From: an uncultured Actinomycetota bacterium
Lineage (GTDB): Bacteria > Actinomycetota > Actinomycetes > Propionibacteriales > Nocardioidaceae
Length of the DNA stretch: 64,000 nt
NCBI GenBank assembly: GCA_963774575.1
Contig: CAVZFO010000021.1
Coordinates: 7,315 to 71,314, forward strand
Direction of reading: 5' to 3'
The notes below the pieces were generated by a model. The model searched no databases. It was not told the DNA's origin and saw only the letters and a list, made by a program, of their open reading frames with translations. The translations under genes were made by a program, and so were the position numbers. Positions 20,415 to 31,571 of the stretch are shown in pieces. Within the stretch, counting starts at the first letter, position 1. Each line of letters opens with the position of its first letter.

Positions 20415-21345
20415 ATGGGGTCGAGCGGCGACGAGAGGACCGCACCCGTACGACGCTCGCCCGACCGGCCGACCGCGCGTCCGGTCCTGCGCCCCGGCCT
20501 GCGCGTCGTACCGCCGCGACGACGCGCACCTCCAGGTCGGCATCGACCCGCCGCGGCGTGGTGCTGCCCGACACCCCGGCGTCCGGCCGCTGCTGGGCGA
20601 CCTGCGCGACGGCGCCGGCCTCGGCTCGCTGACGCCCGACGCCGGCCTGGCGCTCGGGCACCTGCTCGACGCCGGCCTGGTGGTCGACCGGTCCGACCTC
20701 GCCTCGGCGGCACGCGGCCGCCCCGGGCGGCCGCCACCGCGGCCTTCGCGGCGCACGGACCCGAGGCGCCGACCCGCCTGGCCGCCCGGAGCCGTGCCGG
20801 GTCGCGGTGATCGCGTCCGAGCCCTGGCGCTCGACCGCCCTGGCACGGCTGGTCACCGGCGGGCTGTCCGCTGGCCACCGCCGGGATCCGGCTCGCCCGG
20901 CGTGCCCGAGGTGACGTTGCTGGTCAGCGCGGGCGAGCCGCGCCGGTCGCGGTCGATCGCCTGGTGCGGGCCGACCGGACCGCACCTGCTGGTCAGCCGG
21001 CTGCCCGACCGGGCGCTCGGCTCGGGCCGTTCGTGGTGCCCGGGCGCGACCGCCTGCCTGCGCTGCGTCGACGCCCACCTCGGCGAGCGCGACCCGCGCC
21101 GGGCGCTGGTCGTCGAGCAGGTCGACGGCCGGCGCCGCCGAGCCCGTGCGAGCCCGGTGCTCGCGCACGCTGGCCGCTCGCCTGGGCGGTGCGCGACCTG
21201 CGTCCTACGCCGAGGGCGACCGGCCCGCCACCTGGTCGGCCACGCGTCACGATCGGCGCCGACCTGGCCCTGCCGCGCCGGGACTGGCGCCGGCACCCGC
21301 ACTGCGGCTGCACCTGGGCCGTGGCCCGGGAGGCCCGGGCTGGTC
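20415..21345 (+). CDS. Rv3196-like ThiF/'TOMM leader-binding' fold protein (frameshifted)
   Basis: RRDDAHLQVGIDP, GPFVVPG/ATACLRCVDAH...DP, C-terminal HPHCGCTW. End uncertain. Confidence 0.72.
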
Positions 21346-21350
21346 GCGGC

Positions 21351-21515
21351 TCACCACCACTCGCTGTCGAGCTTGCCCTCCATCGCCCGCAGGTGCTCGC
21401 GCGAGCAGGTCGTCGCAGTAGGCTGCGCTTGCGGCCGTTCTCGACCGCGGTGGTCCAGGTGAGGGCGTCTTCGCCTCGTCGGCCTCCTGCGGCCGCAGAA
21501 GTCGCAGGTCTTCAC
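21351..21515 (-). CDS. Small Cys-containing conserved protein (frameshifted)
   Basis: MKTCDFCG...LTWTTAVENG...CSREHLRAMEGKLDSEWW, with TACGCT -10 upstream. Confidence 0.7.
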   Translation of the reverse strand: MKTCDFCGRRRPTRRRRPHLDHRGRERPQAQPTATTCSREHLRAMEGKLDSEWW

Positions 21516-21554
21516 GCAGCCGAGCGTAGCGCCGTGGCCGCCCGACCGGAACGG

Positions 21555-21596
21555 CGAGAGCCGGGTACGACGAGTGGTCGTCGTACCCGGCTCTCG
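21555..21596 (-). terminator. Strong hairpin ending the whiB7 transcription unit
   Basis: Perfect 19-bp stem CGAGAGCCGGGTACGACGA-GTGG-TCGTCGTACCCGGCTCTCG. Confidence 0.7.
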
Positions 21597-21631
21597 TTGG
21601 TCACCGCGATCAGGTCGATCGGGGTGAGGTC

Positions 21632-21796
21632 TCAGAGGGCGCGAGCGAGGGCGAGACGCGCCTGCTGCGCGGCCTGCTCGGCCTTGCGGCTGAGGCGACG
21701 GGCACGAGCCAGCTGGTGGCCGCGCCGCAGCTGCTGCGCCTCTCCCAGGCGCGCGGACATTTGTGCGCGGGCCAGGTTTTCGTGCATGAGATTCAT
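21632..21796 (-). CDS. Small basic helical protein, copy 2
   Basis: MNLMHENLARAQMSARLGEAQQLRRGHQLARARRLSRKAEQAAQQARLALARAL; GGAG RBS. Confidence 0.75.
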   Translation of the reverse strand: MNLMHENLARAQMSARLGEAQQLRRGHQLARARRLSRKAEQAAQQARLALARAL

Positions 21797-21883
21797 CTCG
21801 GTGCTCCGGTTCTGGTGGGTCTGCATGGTCGTGGTTGGTCCTTCGATCAGGAGTCGATCCACGGTGTGGCTCGATCGCGGCGC

Positions 21884-22049
21884 TCAGATGGCGCGAGCGA
21901 GGGCGAGACGCGCCTGCTGCGCGGCCTGCTCGGCCTTGCGGCTGAGCCGGCGAGCCGTGGCCAGCTGGTGGCCACGGCGGCAGCTGCTGCGCCTCTCCCA
22001 GGCGCGCGGTCATCTGCGCGCGCGCCAGGTCTTCGTGCATGATGTTCAT
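21884..22049 (-). CDS. Small basic helical protein, copy 1 (one frameshift)
   Basis: MNIMHEDLARAQMTARLGEAQQL/RRGHQLATARRLSRKAEQAAQQARLALARAI. Confidence 0.72.
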
Positions 22050-22128
22050 GTCGGTTCTCCGGTTTCTGTAGGTCGTTCATCGGTGGTGGGTCGGATCCTT
22101 CGATCGGGACTGGTGCTGCGACTGTCGG

Positions 22129-22472
22129 TCAGGCTGCGGGCCAGGCGGCGGCTCGTTCTTGCGGGGGCGGCCACGCGGACGCTTGCGGGGGATCACCACT
22201 CCTTGGAGGAAGAGCTGACCTCCCCAGACACCCCAGGGCTCACGCCGCTCGAGGGCGCCGTCGAGGCACAGGGCGCGGACCGGGCAGTCCATGCACAGCG
22301 CCTTGGCGAACTCCACGTCGCTGGGGCGACTCGGCGAACCACAGCTCCGGGTTGTTGACCCGGCACGGCAGCAGCTCGTCGTCGACCTGGTCGGCCTCGT
22401 CGTGCAGCTGGCCGAGGCGCTCGGACTCGCCTCGGCAGCTCCATCGGTGCGGTCGAGAACGCTGATGGTCAT
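22129..22472 (-). CDS. whiB7: WhiB7/WblC Fe-S transcriptional activator (frameshifted)
   Basis: AKALCMDCPVRALCL...EPWGVWGG plus AT-hook RKRPRGRPRK; downstream of uvrD2 as in mycobacteria and streptomycetes. Confidence 0.9.
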
Positions 22473-22545
22473 GTTTTTCACCTCCTTCGTTGACCTGATC
22501 GCTGGTGGCTAGGTACGTGGTCGTGCTCGCCGGTCATGTGGTCGG

Positions 22546-22589
22546 AGAAACACAAAGGCCGCGGATCCCGGTTTCGGGTTCCGCGGCCT
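22546..22589 (-). terminator. Intrinsic terminator (attenuator) in the whiB7 leader
   Basis: AGGCCGCGGAACCCG-AAAC-CGGGATCCGCGGCCT followed by TTGTGTTTCT. Confidence 0.8.
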
Positions 22590-22611
22590 GGAGGCTGCCG
22601 ATGCTGTTGTC

Positions 22612-22823
22612 TCAACAGGTCGGTGGTCTCCAGGCAGAGGTCCCCGGGAAGTCGCCCTTGGTGCGGCCCATGCCGGCGGCGCGCGGCAGCCGACGACGAC
22701 ACTGGTCGTCGCGCACGCAGCACGTCGAGCGCCGACGGACGGCACCGAAGGCGTGGCCGGAGATGGGCATGCCGAAGCACGACGGGATCTGAGCCGTCAT
22801 CCGAGATGCTGGTTGGTGTTCAT
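22612..22823 (-). CDS. whiB7 leader peptide (uORF), probably frameshifted
   Basis: GGAGGT RBS + MNTN.../MTAQIPSCFGMP...SAWRPPTC*, ending just before the terminator. Confidence 0.65.
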
Positions 22824-22900
22824 CCGGGCCACCTCCTTCGGTGCTTCGTGGCGCCGGACCTTGTCAGGGCCGTGAGTGCGCGTGCGGTTCGTTCGAGAAG

Positions 22901-22941
22901 AAGGTACCGCCGCACCCGTGTAAGGTGAGCAATCGATTTTA
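22901..22941 (-). promoter_or_regulatory. WhiB7-type autoregulated promoter
   Basis: AAAAT-cga-TTGCTC-N20-TACCTT, with the AT-rich box 3 nt upstream of the -35. Spacer is long, possibly an indel. Confidence 0.65.
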
Positions 22942-22986
22942 TGGGTATTTCTCGAAGAATTTCTCTGCTCGGCGGCCCGCCGGAGG

Positions 22987-25043
22987 TCAGCCGACGAGCG
23001 CGAGAACGTCCTCGCCGTAGCGGTCAGCTTGGTCCGGCCGATGCCGTTGATGCGCAGCAGCGCCTCGCGCCGACTGCGGGCTTGTGCTCGGCGATCAGCT
23101 GCAGCGTGGCGTCGGTGAACACGACGTAACGCCGGCACGCTCTCCTCGCGCGGCCCGCTCGCTGCGCCACTCGCGCAGCCGCTCGAACAGCTCCTCGTCG
23201 TAGGACGCCGGGCAGTCCGCGCACCGGCCGCGCTTCTTCTCCGCGCCGGTGGCCAGCGGCTTGCCGCACTCGCGGCAGCTGGCGACCTTGCGGCCGCGCG
23301 GCCGGTCGGCTGGCTGCGCGGCTGGCGTCGGGCAGCAGCGGGTCGAGGAACCGCGACGGCTTGCGGGTGGCGCGGCCGCCCGGGTTGCGGGCCAGCGCCC
23401 AGGAGAGCGGCGAGGTCGCGCCGGGCGCGGGTCATGCCGACGTAGAGCAGCCGGCGCTCCTCCTCGATCGCCGCCGGCGTGTCGGCGTAGGTGATCGGCA
23501 GGGTGCCGTCCTGGAGGCCGCAGAGGAACACCGCGTCCCACTCCAGGCCCTTGGCGGCGTGGAAGGTGGCCAGCGTGACGCCGTCGGCGACCGGGGCGTG
23601 CTGCTCGGCGGCGCGCCGGTCGAGGTCGTCGACGAACGCGCCGAGGTCGCTCGCCCCGGTGGTCGGCGAACTCGGCGGCCTGGTCGACCAGCGCCTGCCA
23701 GGGACTCCCAGCGGTCGCGGGTCTGGCCGCGGGCGGCCGGCGCCTCGGGGGTCCAGCCCATCGCCGGCCAGGATCGCCGCGCACGGCGTCGACCAGGTCG
23801 TCGTCGGCGACCGTCGCCGGAGCGGGCGGCGCCGCGCAGCCGGGTGACCGCCTCGCGCACCTCGGGCCGGTCGAAGAACCGGGCGGCGCCGCGGACGACG
23901 TAGGGGATGCCGCGGGCGGCCAGCGCCTCCTCGAAGGCCTCGGACTGGGCGTTGATGCGGAACAGCACGGCGACCTCGCCGGCGGGCGGCCCTCGTCGCG
24001 GAGCCGCTGCGATCCGCGGCGGCGACGGCCTCGGCCTCGGCGACCTCGTCGGGGTGCGACGTGTAGCGTGACCGCGGGGCCGGAGGGCCGCTGGGCGCGC
24101 AGCTCGACGCCGCGCGCTGGCGGTGCCGGCGAGCAGGGTGTTGGCGGCGGCGACGACCTCGGGGGTGGAGCGGTAGTTGCGGACCAGCTCGATCGAGGTG
24201 GTGCCGGGGAACTTCGCCGGGAAGTCGCGCAGGTAGTCGGCGTCGGCGCCGGCGAAGGAGTAGATCGTCTGCGCCGGGTCGCCGACCACGCAGAGCTCGT
24301 CGCGGCCGCCGAGCCAGAGGTCGAGCAGCGCCGACTGGATGCGGCGAGACGTCCTGGAACTCGTCGACGACGAACCACTTGTACTGGCGGCGGACCTGCG
24401 CGGCGACCCGCTCGTCGTCGGCGAGCATGCCGGCGGTGAGCAGCAGGACGTCCTCCATGTCCATCCGGCCCTGGGCCGCGCTTGACGTCCTCGTAGCTGC
24501 CGAAGATCCGGCGCCACGGTCTCGGGGTCGTCGCCGGTGACGGAGCGGCCGCGGCGCAGCGGCGATCCGGGCGTAGTCGTCGGGGCGGACGTTGCTGACC
24601 TTGGCCCACTCGATCTCGGAGGCGAGGTCGCGCAGCGTGGCGCCTGGTCGGCGGCGGACCCGCTGGCGGCGGGCGGCGGTGGCGAGCAGGCCGAGCTTGG
24701 ACTCGATCAGCGTCGGCAGCTCGGTGCCGTGGACGTGCGGCCAGAAGTAGCGCAGCTGGCGCAGCGCCGCGGAGTGGAAGGTGCGGGCCTGGACGCCCTC
24801 GGCGCCCAGCCGGCGCAGCCGGGACGCGCATCTCGCCGGCCGCGCGGGTGGTGAAGGTGACGGCCAGCACCTCGGTGGGCTGCGTAGACGCCGGTGGCGA
24901 CGCCGTGGGCGATCCGGTGGGTGATCGCCCGGGTCTTGCCGGTGCCGGCGCCGGCCAGCACCCGGACCGGCCCGCGGAGCGCCTCGGCGACCTGGCGCTG
25001 CTCGGGGTCGAGGCCCTGGCAGGACGGCGGCCGGGTCCAGCAC
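22987..25043 (-). CDS. uvrD2: ATP-dependent DNA helicase UvrD2 with HRDC domain (many frameshifts)
   Basis: [55 protein letters not shown]-terminal CxxC..C..C and HRDC. Confidence 0.92.
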
Positions 25044-25070
25044 GGAACAACTCCTGGGCGATGATGGTTG
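25044..25070 (+). promoter_or_regulatory. SigR/SigH-type promoter for mrx1
   Basis: GGAAC-N18-GTTG. Confidence 0.65.
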
Positions 25071-25115
25071 ATGTTTCTACGAGCCCGATCTCGGGTCTCA
25101 TTTACTGTTTGGCTC

Positions 25116-25137
25116 AATCTAGACGCCGGAGGCGACA
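25116..25137 (-). promoter_or_regulatory. PafBC-type (RecA-NDp) promoter for uvrD2
   Basis: TGTCGC-N10-TAGATT. Confidence 0.65.
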
Positions 25138-25144
25138 CCCCTCG

Positions 25145-25417
25145 ATGACCACGACGCCCAGCACCACCCGGACCGGGACGTTCACGATGTACTCCACCCC
25201 GTGGTGCGGCTACTGCCACCGCCTGAAGAGCCAGCTGGACCGCGAGGGCATCAGCTTCGAGGTCGTCGACATCGAGCAGCACCCCGAGGCCGCCGAGCTC
25301 GTCGAGGCGGTCAACAACGGCAACCAGACGGTCCCCACCCTGGTCTACTCCGACGGCTCCGCCCAGACCAACCCCTCGCTCACGCAGGTCAAGGAGAAGC
25401 TCGCGTCGCTCGCCTGA
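25145..25417 (+). CDS. mrx1: Mycoredoxin-1 (glutaredoxin-like)
   Basis: [10 protein letters not shown]...NGNQTVPT...TNPS; divergent from uvrD2. Confidence 0.92.
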   Translation: MTTTPSTTRTGTFTMYSTPWCGYCHRLKSQLDREGISFEVVDIEQHPEAAELVEAVNNGNQTVPTLVYSDGSAQTNPSLTQVKEKLASLA

Positions 25418-25490
25418 GCGCTTGACGCCGGCGCAGCGGCGGCCGGACGCTGGGGAGTTGTCCGTCTCGGGACGTCGGCAGGAGGCTCCG

Positions 25491-26657
25491 GTGCGCGTGC
25501 TGGTCTCCTCCACGACGGGGCACGGGCACGTGCTCCCGCTGGTGCCGCTGGCCCGGGCGCTGCGCACGGCCGGCCACGACGTGCTCTGGGCGATCGGCGC
25601 CGACGCGCGCGACCTGGTGAGCGCCGCAGGCCTCGAGTCGGCCGCGGCGGGTCTCCCCCGAGCTGAGACCGACCGGCTGCGCCTGGAGATCCTCGGCCAG
25701 CTGGCCGACGTCCGGCCGGAGGATCGTGGCGGGCTGGTCTACCCCCGGCTGTTCGCCGGCGCCCGGGTGCCCCCGATGGTCACCGACCTGCTGGCGATCG
25801 CGAGCGAGTGGCGGCCCGACCTCCTCGTGCACGAGATGGGGGAGCTGGCGAGCCCCCTGGTCGGGGACGTGCTCGGCGTCCCGCACGTCAGCCACGCCTT
25901 CGGCACCGCCAACCCTCCCGACCAGGTCACGGCGGCCGCCGAGCGGGTCGCCGACGTCTGGCGCGCCCACGGCCGCGACGTCCCGCCGTACGCCGGGTGC
26001 TTCGAGTACCTGTACCTCGACATCTGCCCGCCCGCGATCCAGGTCGTGCCGACGGGACACATCCCGCGACGACAGGCATTGCGGCCAGGAACGTACGCCG
26101 GCGCCGAGCCCCCCGATGTCCGCTCGTTGCTGGACGACGGCACCGGCCGGCCGCTCGTGTACCTCACGCTCGGCACGGTCCAGAACCGCGAGCCGCTGTT
26201 CCGGGAGCTCCTGGGCGCCGTGGCCACCCTGGACGTCCGGGTGCTGGTGACGCTCGGCCCCGGGGCCGACCCGTCCGTCCTCGGCCCGCAACCGCCCGGC
26301 GTGCGGATCGAGGCGTACGTCGCCCAGTCCGCGGTGCTGCCCCTCACGGACGTCGTCGTCTCGCACGCGGGCTCGGGCACCGTGCTGGCCACGCTGGGCC
26401 AGGGGATCCCCCAGCTGTGCCTGCCGCAGGCCGCCGACCAGTTCCGCAACTCCGCCGGCGTCGAGCGGGCGGGCGCCGGGCTCGCGCTGCTGCCTCCCGC
26501 AGCGGCCCCGGCGGCGGTCGCCGACGCCGTCCGTCGCCTGCTGACCGAGCCGGAGTACCGGCAAGCCGCGGGCCGCGTCGCCGACCAGGTCGCCTCGATG
26601 CCGTCGCCCGAGGAGGTCGTCGACGCGCTCGCGAGCCTGGTGGCCGGCGTCGGTTGA
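25491..26657 (+). CDS. GT1 family glycosyltransferase (MGT/EryCIII-like)
   Basis: [50 protein letters not shown]. Confidence 0.9.
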   Translation: MRVLVSSTTGHGHVLPLVPLARALRTAGHDVLWAIGADARDLVSAAGLESAAAGLPRAETDRLRLEILGQLADVRPEDRGGLVYPRLFAGARVPPMVTDLLAIASEWRPDLLVHEMGELASPLVGDVLGVPHVSHAFGTANPPDQVTAAAERVADVWRAHGRDVPPYAGCFEYLYLDICPPAIQVVPTGHIPRRQALRPGTYAGAEPPDVRSLLDDGTGRPLVYLTLGTVQNREPLFRELLGAVATLDVRVLVTLGPGADPSVLGPQPPGVRIEAYVAQSAVLPLTDVVVSHAGSGTVLATLGQGIPQLCLPQAADQFRNSAGVERAGAGLALLPPAAAPAAVADAVRRLLTEPEYRQAAGRVADQVASMPSPEEVVDALASLVAGVG

Positions 26658-26732
26658 ACACCCGGTCGACCGGGTGTTCCGACCCTTCGCGAGCGTTGCA
26701 ACCGGCACAAACGGTCAGGAACGACCGCGAAG
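26656..26732 (+). repeat. Palindromic intergenic repeat, family X copy 1
   Basis: GAACACCCGGTCGACCGGGTGTTCC...CGTTGCAAC...CAGGAACGACCGCGAAG; homologous to 38364 and 57816. Confidence 0.75.
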
Positions 26733-26737
26733 TCGGG

Positions 26738-27650
26738 CTACCAGCTGCCGGGGAGCGGGCCGCCGTACCAGTGCTCGACCAGGGAGCGGCTGATCGAGAC
26801 GCCGCCGGGGAGCACCAGGCCGCCGTCGCGGGCCTCGGCCTCCATCTGCGCACGGGTGAACCAGCGGGCGTCCTCGATCTCCTTGCCGTCGACCACGATG
26901 TCGCGCGTCTCGGCGCGCCCGACCATGCCGAGCATCAGCGACGCGGGGAGCGGCCAGGGCTGGTTGCCGAAGTAGCGCGACCTCGCCGACGCGGACGCCG
27001 ACCTCCTCCAGCACCTCGCGGCGGACGGCGTCCTCGAGGGTCTCGCCCGGCTCGACGAAGCCGGCCAGCGTCGAGTACCGCCCGGCGGGCCAGACGTCCT
27101 GGCGGCCCAGCAGCAGAGCCTCGTCCTCGGCGCCGGGCTCGCCGTAGGTGATGGCCATGATCACGGCCGGGTCGGTGCGCGGGAACTGCGCCTTGCCGCA
27201 CTGCGTGCACACCAGCTCGGCGCCGGCCATCCGCGGCTCGAGCGGCCCGCCGCAGCGCGGGCAGAAGCGGGTGGCCCAGTGCCACTCGGCCATGCCGATC
27301 GCGTGGAAGACCAGCGGCGCGTCGGCCGCGTCCTCGGCGAGGTACGGCAGCGCGGCGCGGATGCCGACCCACTCGCCGCGCTCGCCCGGAGCCTCCGCGG
27401 GGTCGACGAGCAGGGCGAACCAGGTGCGGCCGTCGCGCTCGCCCAGCAGCACCCGCGTCCCGTCGTACGGCGCCTCGGCCGGCGTCACCCACGCGACGGC
27501 GCCGTCAACGGGCCGGACCCGGGTGCCCGCGACGATCAGCACGCGGGTCTCGGGATCGGCCCAACGGGCGGCCAGCCAGTCGTCGTCGACCCGCTTCTCC
27601 CCGGCCCGGTCGTGGGCGTTGGCCGCGAGGTCGAGGTGCGGAAAGCTCAC
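26738..27650 (-). CDS. nudC: NAD(+)/NADH diphosphatase (one frameshift)
   Basis: RFCPRCG...FPRTDPAVI...[26 protein letters not shown]...NQPWP...SISRSL. Confidence 0.93.
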
Positions 27651-27670
27651 GGGATGGGAGGCTAACGCGC

Positions 27671-28389
27671 GTGAGCACGCACATCGGCGCCCGCCCCGGC
27701 GACATCGCGCCCGTCGTCCTGCTGCCCGGAGACCCCATGCGCGCCCAGTGGATCGCCGAGACGTTCCTCGACGACGCGGCCTGCTACACGCGAGGTGCGC
27801 GGCATGCTCGGCTTCACCGGCACCTGGCGCGGCACGCGGGTCTCGGTGCAGGGCTCGGGCATGGGCCAGCCGTCGATGGCGATCTACGTCAACGAGCTGT
27901 TCCGGGAGTACGACGTGCAGTCGATCATCCGGGTCGGCTCGTGCGGCGGGCTGAGCGAGAAGGTCGGCGATCCGCGACGTGATCATCGCGTCCGGCGCGT
28001 GCACCGACTCGTCGATGAACCGGATCACCTTCGAGGGCCTCGACTACGCGCCGGTCGCCGACTTCGGGTTGCTGCGCGCGGCCGTGGAGGCGGCCGAGTC
28101 GGAGCCGCGCGAGGCCGCCACGCACGTCGGGCTGATCTTCTCGAGCGACTCCTTCTACGCGAGCCGGCCGGAGCTGACGCAGCGGATGGTCGAGTACGGC
28201 GTGCTGGGCATCGAGATGGAAGCCAGCGGGCTCTACACCCTGGCCGCCAAGCACGGCCGCAAGGCGCTGGCGATCTGCACGGTCTCCGACCACATCGTCA
28301 CCGGCGAGGAGACCAGCTCCGAGGAGCGCGAACGTACCTTCGACGACATGGTGGACATCGCGCTCAGGGCGGCCATCACTTCGGGGTGA
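27671..28389 (+). CDS. deoD: Purine nucleoside phosphorylase (frameshifted)
   Basis: MSTHIGA...[48 protein letters not shown]. Confidence 0.93.
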
Positions 28390-31300
28390 GCATGCCCTCG
28401 ATCTCCGTGCGGCCGGGCAGGTCGTCGGGCTCGACGACGCGACCGCTGCGCACGAAGTAGAACGCCGCCCGCACCTGCTCGAGCGGCACGCCGGCGAGCT
28501 CGGCCCAGGCCAGCCGGTAGAGGGCGAGCTGCAGGCCGTCTGCGTCGTCGCGGCGCGAGGTCTTCCAGTCGATCACCAGGTAGCCGCCGCCCGGTTCGGC
28601 GTAGACCGCGTCGATCCGGCCGCGGACCACCTGGCCGTCCAGGACCAGAGCGAACGGCGCCTCGACGGCGTGCGGGGCCCGGTCGGCGAACGGCCCCTGC
28701 TCGAACGTCGCGACCAGCTCGGCGAGGTCGTCGTCGGAGTCGATGCCGGCGTCGGCCTGCCCGGGGAGGTCCTCGGGCTCGAAGAGGTCCTGCTGCCCGA
28801 ACCGCGCCTCCACCCACGCGTGGAAGCGGGTGCCGAACCGGGCGGCCGGCGAGGGCGGCCGGGGCATCGGCCGGGCCAGCTCGCGGGCGAACTCCGCCGG
28901 CTCGGTCCGCAGCCGGGACAACGCGGTCGCCGACAGGGACGTCGGGAGGGGCACGTCGACGACCCGGTCCCGGTCGGCGCGCGCCTCGGCCACGAGTCGG
29001 TCGAGCTCGAGGTCCCAGTCGGCGACCCTCGCGGCCTCGACCATGTCGACGTCGTCGTCGGGAGCGGTCGGGTCGGCGTCGCGCACCACCCGGGCGGCGG
29101 CGATCCGGAGGGCCGCCTCGCGACCCGGGCCCGGCTCGGGCCAGGGCCGGGACGGGTCGACCTGGTCGTAGGGGTTGGGGTCGCCCTTCGCCGGCTTGTC
29201 GAGCCAGTGCTCGACGGGCTCGCCCCAGGCCTCGAGCTGCTCGCGGACCACGGCCTGGTAGCCGGACGGACCGTAGGGGGTGGTCCGCGGGCTCCAGAGG
29301 TAGGAGGTCACGCTCAGGCGGTGGGCGGCCCGGGTGAAGGCGACGTAGCCGAGCCGGAGCTCCTCCTCCTGGTCGTGCAGCCGGGTGTCGGCGCGGTAGG
29401 CGTCGAGCGCCGCCTTGTCGTGGCCCGCCAGCTGGGGCAGGTCGCGGGCGTCGCCGCGCAGCGGTGCGGGCAGCACGGCGGGCGAGGAGGTCCAGAGGGT
29501 GCGCGAGCGGTTGGAGGGGAACCGCGTCTCGCAGACGCCGACCAGGAACACGTGCGCCCACTCCAGGCCCTTCGCGCGGTGGACGGTGAGCAGCTTGACC
29601 GAGTCGGCGGCGGTCGGCGTGGCCAGGTCGAGGCCGTTGCCCTGGTCGTCCTCGGCGGTCAGGTAGGCCAGCAGCGCCGAGAGCGAGACGTCGCCGTCGA
29701 CGGCCTGGAACTCGGCGACGGCCTTCACGAACAGGTCGAGGTTGTCGCGGCGGGCGGCCGCGGCCGGCGAGACGGCCGACGCGAGCTCGATGTCGACGCC
29801 GGAGGTGTCGATGATCCGCCGGACGATGTCGAGCAGCGGCTCACCGACCGTGGAGCGGAGCATCCGCAGCTCGGCGGCGAGCATCCGGAACCGTTCGAGG
29901 GCCTCCGGCGCGTACGGCGCGTCGCCGGGCGAGTCGAGGGCGTCGCCGAGGGCGGCGATCTCGGAGGGGTCGATGCCGTCGGCGATCCCGATGAGCTGGT
30001 CGGCCAGGTTGTCGGCCTCGCGGGCTCCGCCGCCCGCCAGCACGGCGGCGCGGCGGCCGAGGAGGCGCAGGTCGCGCGGGCCGATCGCCCAGCGGGGTCC
30101 GGTGAGCAGGGTGAGCAGGGAGGCGTTGGCGGTGACGTCGTTGAGCAGGTGCAGCGTGGCGACCACCTCGGCGACCTCGGGCAGTCGGATCAACCCCGAG
30201 AGGCCGACGATCTCGACGGGGATGTCGCGGGCGGTCAGCGCGTCGAAGACGTCGGCGGCGTGGGCGTTGTCCCGGGTGAGCACCCCCACGTCGGACCACC
30301 TGGCGCCGCCCTCGTGGGCGGCGTCCACCTCGTCGGCCAGCCAGGCGAGCTCGTCGGCCTGGGTCGGCAGCACCCGCACCGCGACGTCGCCGCGGCCGGC
30401 GTCGGGCTTGGGGGCCAGCGCGCACCACCTGACCGGCGTACTTCGCGTAGAGCGGCTCGGCGAGCCGGTTGGCCACCTCGAGGATCCGGCGGTCGGAGCG
30501 CCGGCTGACGGTCAGCGGGTAGGTCGGGACGTCGCCGTCGATCGGCGGACGGGAAGGTGTCGGCGAACCGCAGGATGTTGGACACCGAGGCGCCCCGCCA
30601 GCCGTAGATCGCCTGGTTGGGGTCGCCGACGGCCGTCACCGCGTGACCGCCCGCGAACAGCCGGGACAGCATGGTGGCCTGGGCGACGGAGGTGTCCTGG
30701 TACTCGTCGAGCAGCACGATCCGGAAGCGGTCGCGCTCGATCGCCCCGACCTCGGGCTGCTCGACGGCCAGCCGTGCGGCGAGCTCGATCTGGTCGGAGA
30801 AGTCCATCAGCCCGAGGTCGCGCTTGAGGCGGCGGTAGCCCTGCACCAGGGCCATCAGCTCGCGGCGCCGCTCGATCGCGTTGATCGCCTTGGCCGGCGC
30901 CTCCAGGTAGGTCTTGCGCCCCTTGCCGGCCTGCTCGGTCTCGAAGGCACGCAGGAACGCCGCCTCGGCCTCGCGGTCGAACGTCCAGCACCCGCTCCGG
31001 TGGGACGAGGTGCTCACTCATCGCGCCGTCGAGGGCGAGGAGGTTCTGGATCGCGGTCGGCGGGTGGTCGGTGAGGAACCGGACCTCGGCGGTGTGCCGC
31101 TCCACGACCCGGGCGCCCGAGCTGGTAGCGCGAGGCGTCGGACAGCACCCGGGTGTCGGGCTCGTGGCCGATGCGCAGGCCGTGGTCGGTGAGCAGGCGG
31201 GCGGCGTAGGCGTTGTAGGTCGCGACGGTCGGCTCGATCGTGTCGTCGCCGGCCTCGTGGTCGTCGAGGTCGGCGCTCGGCAGCAGGCCGGCGGCCAGCA

Positions 31301-31571
31301 GCGCCTCCCGCACCTTGGTGCGCAGCTGGCTGGCGGCCTTGGTCGTGAACGTGAGGCCGAGGACCTGGTCGGGACGGACCTGGCCGGTGGCGACGAGGTA
31401 GACGACCCGGGCGGCCATCAGCGTGGTCTTGCCGGAGCCGGCCCCGGCGATCACCACGGCGGGCGCCAGCGGAGCGCGGATGGCGTCCCACTGCTCGGGG
31501 CTGGGCGCGAAGTCCCAGCCCATCAGGGCGGCGAGCGCCTCGGGCGAACCGATGTCCGGTGTCGTGGTCAC
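28376..31571 (-). CDS. adnB: AdnB helicase-nuclease (frameshifted)
   Basis: [43 protein letters not shown]-terminal GRIDAVY...IDWKT...QLALY. Confidence 0.9.

Noticed and set aside
20415-21345. TOMM/RiPP biosynthetic cluster
   Set aside because: No YcaO, dehydrogenase or Cys/Ser/Thr-rich precursor; the gene is part of the conserved core neighbourhood.
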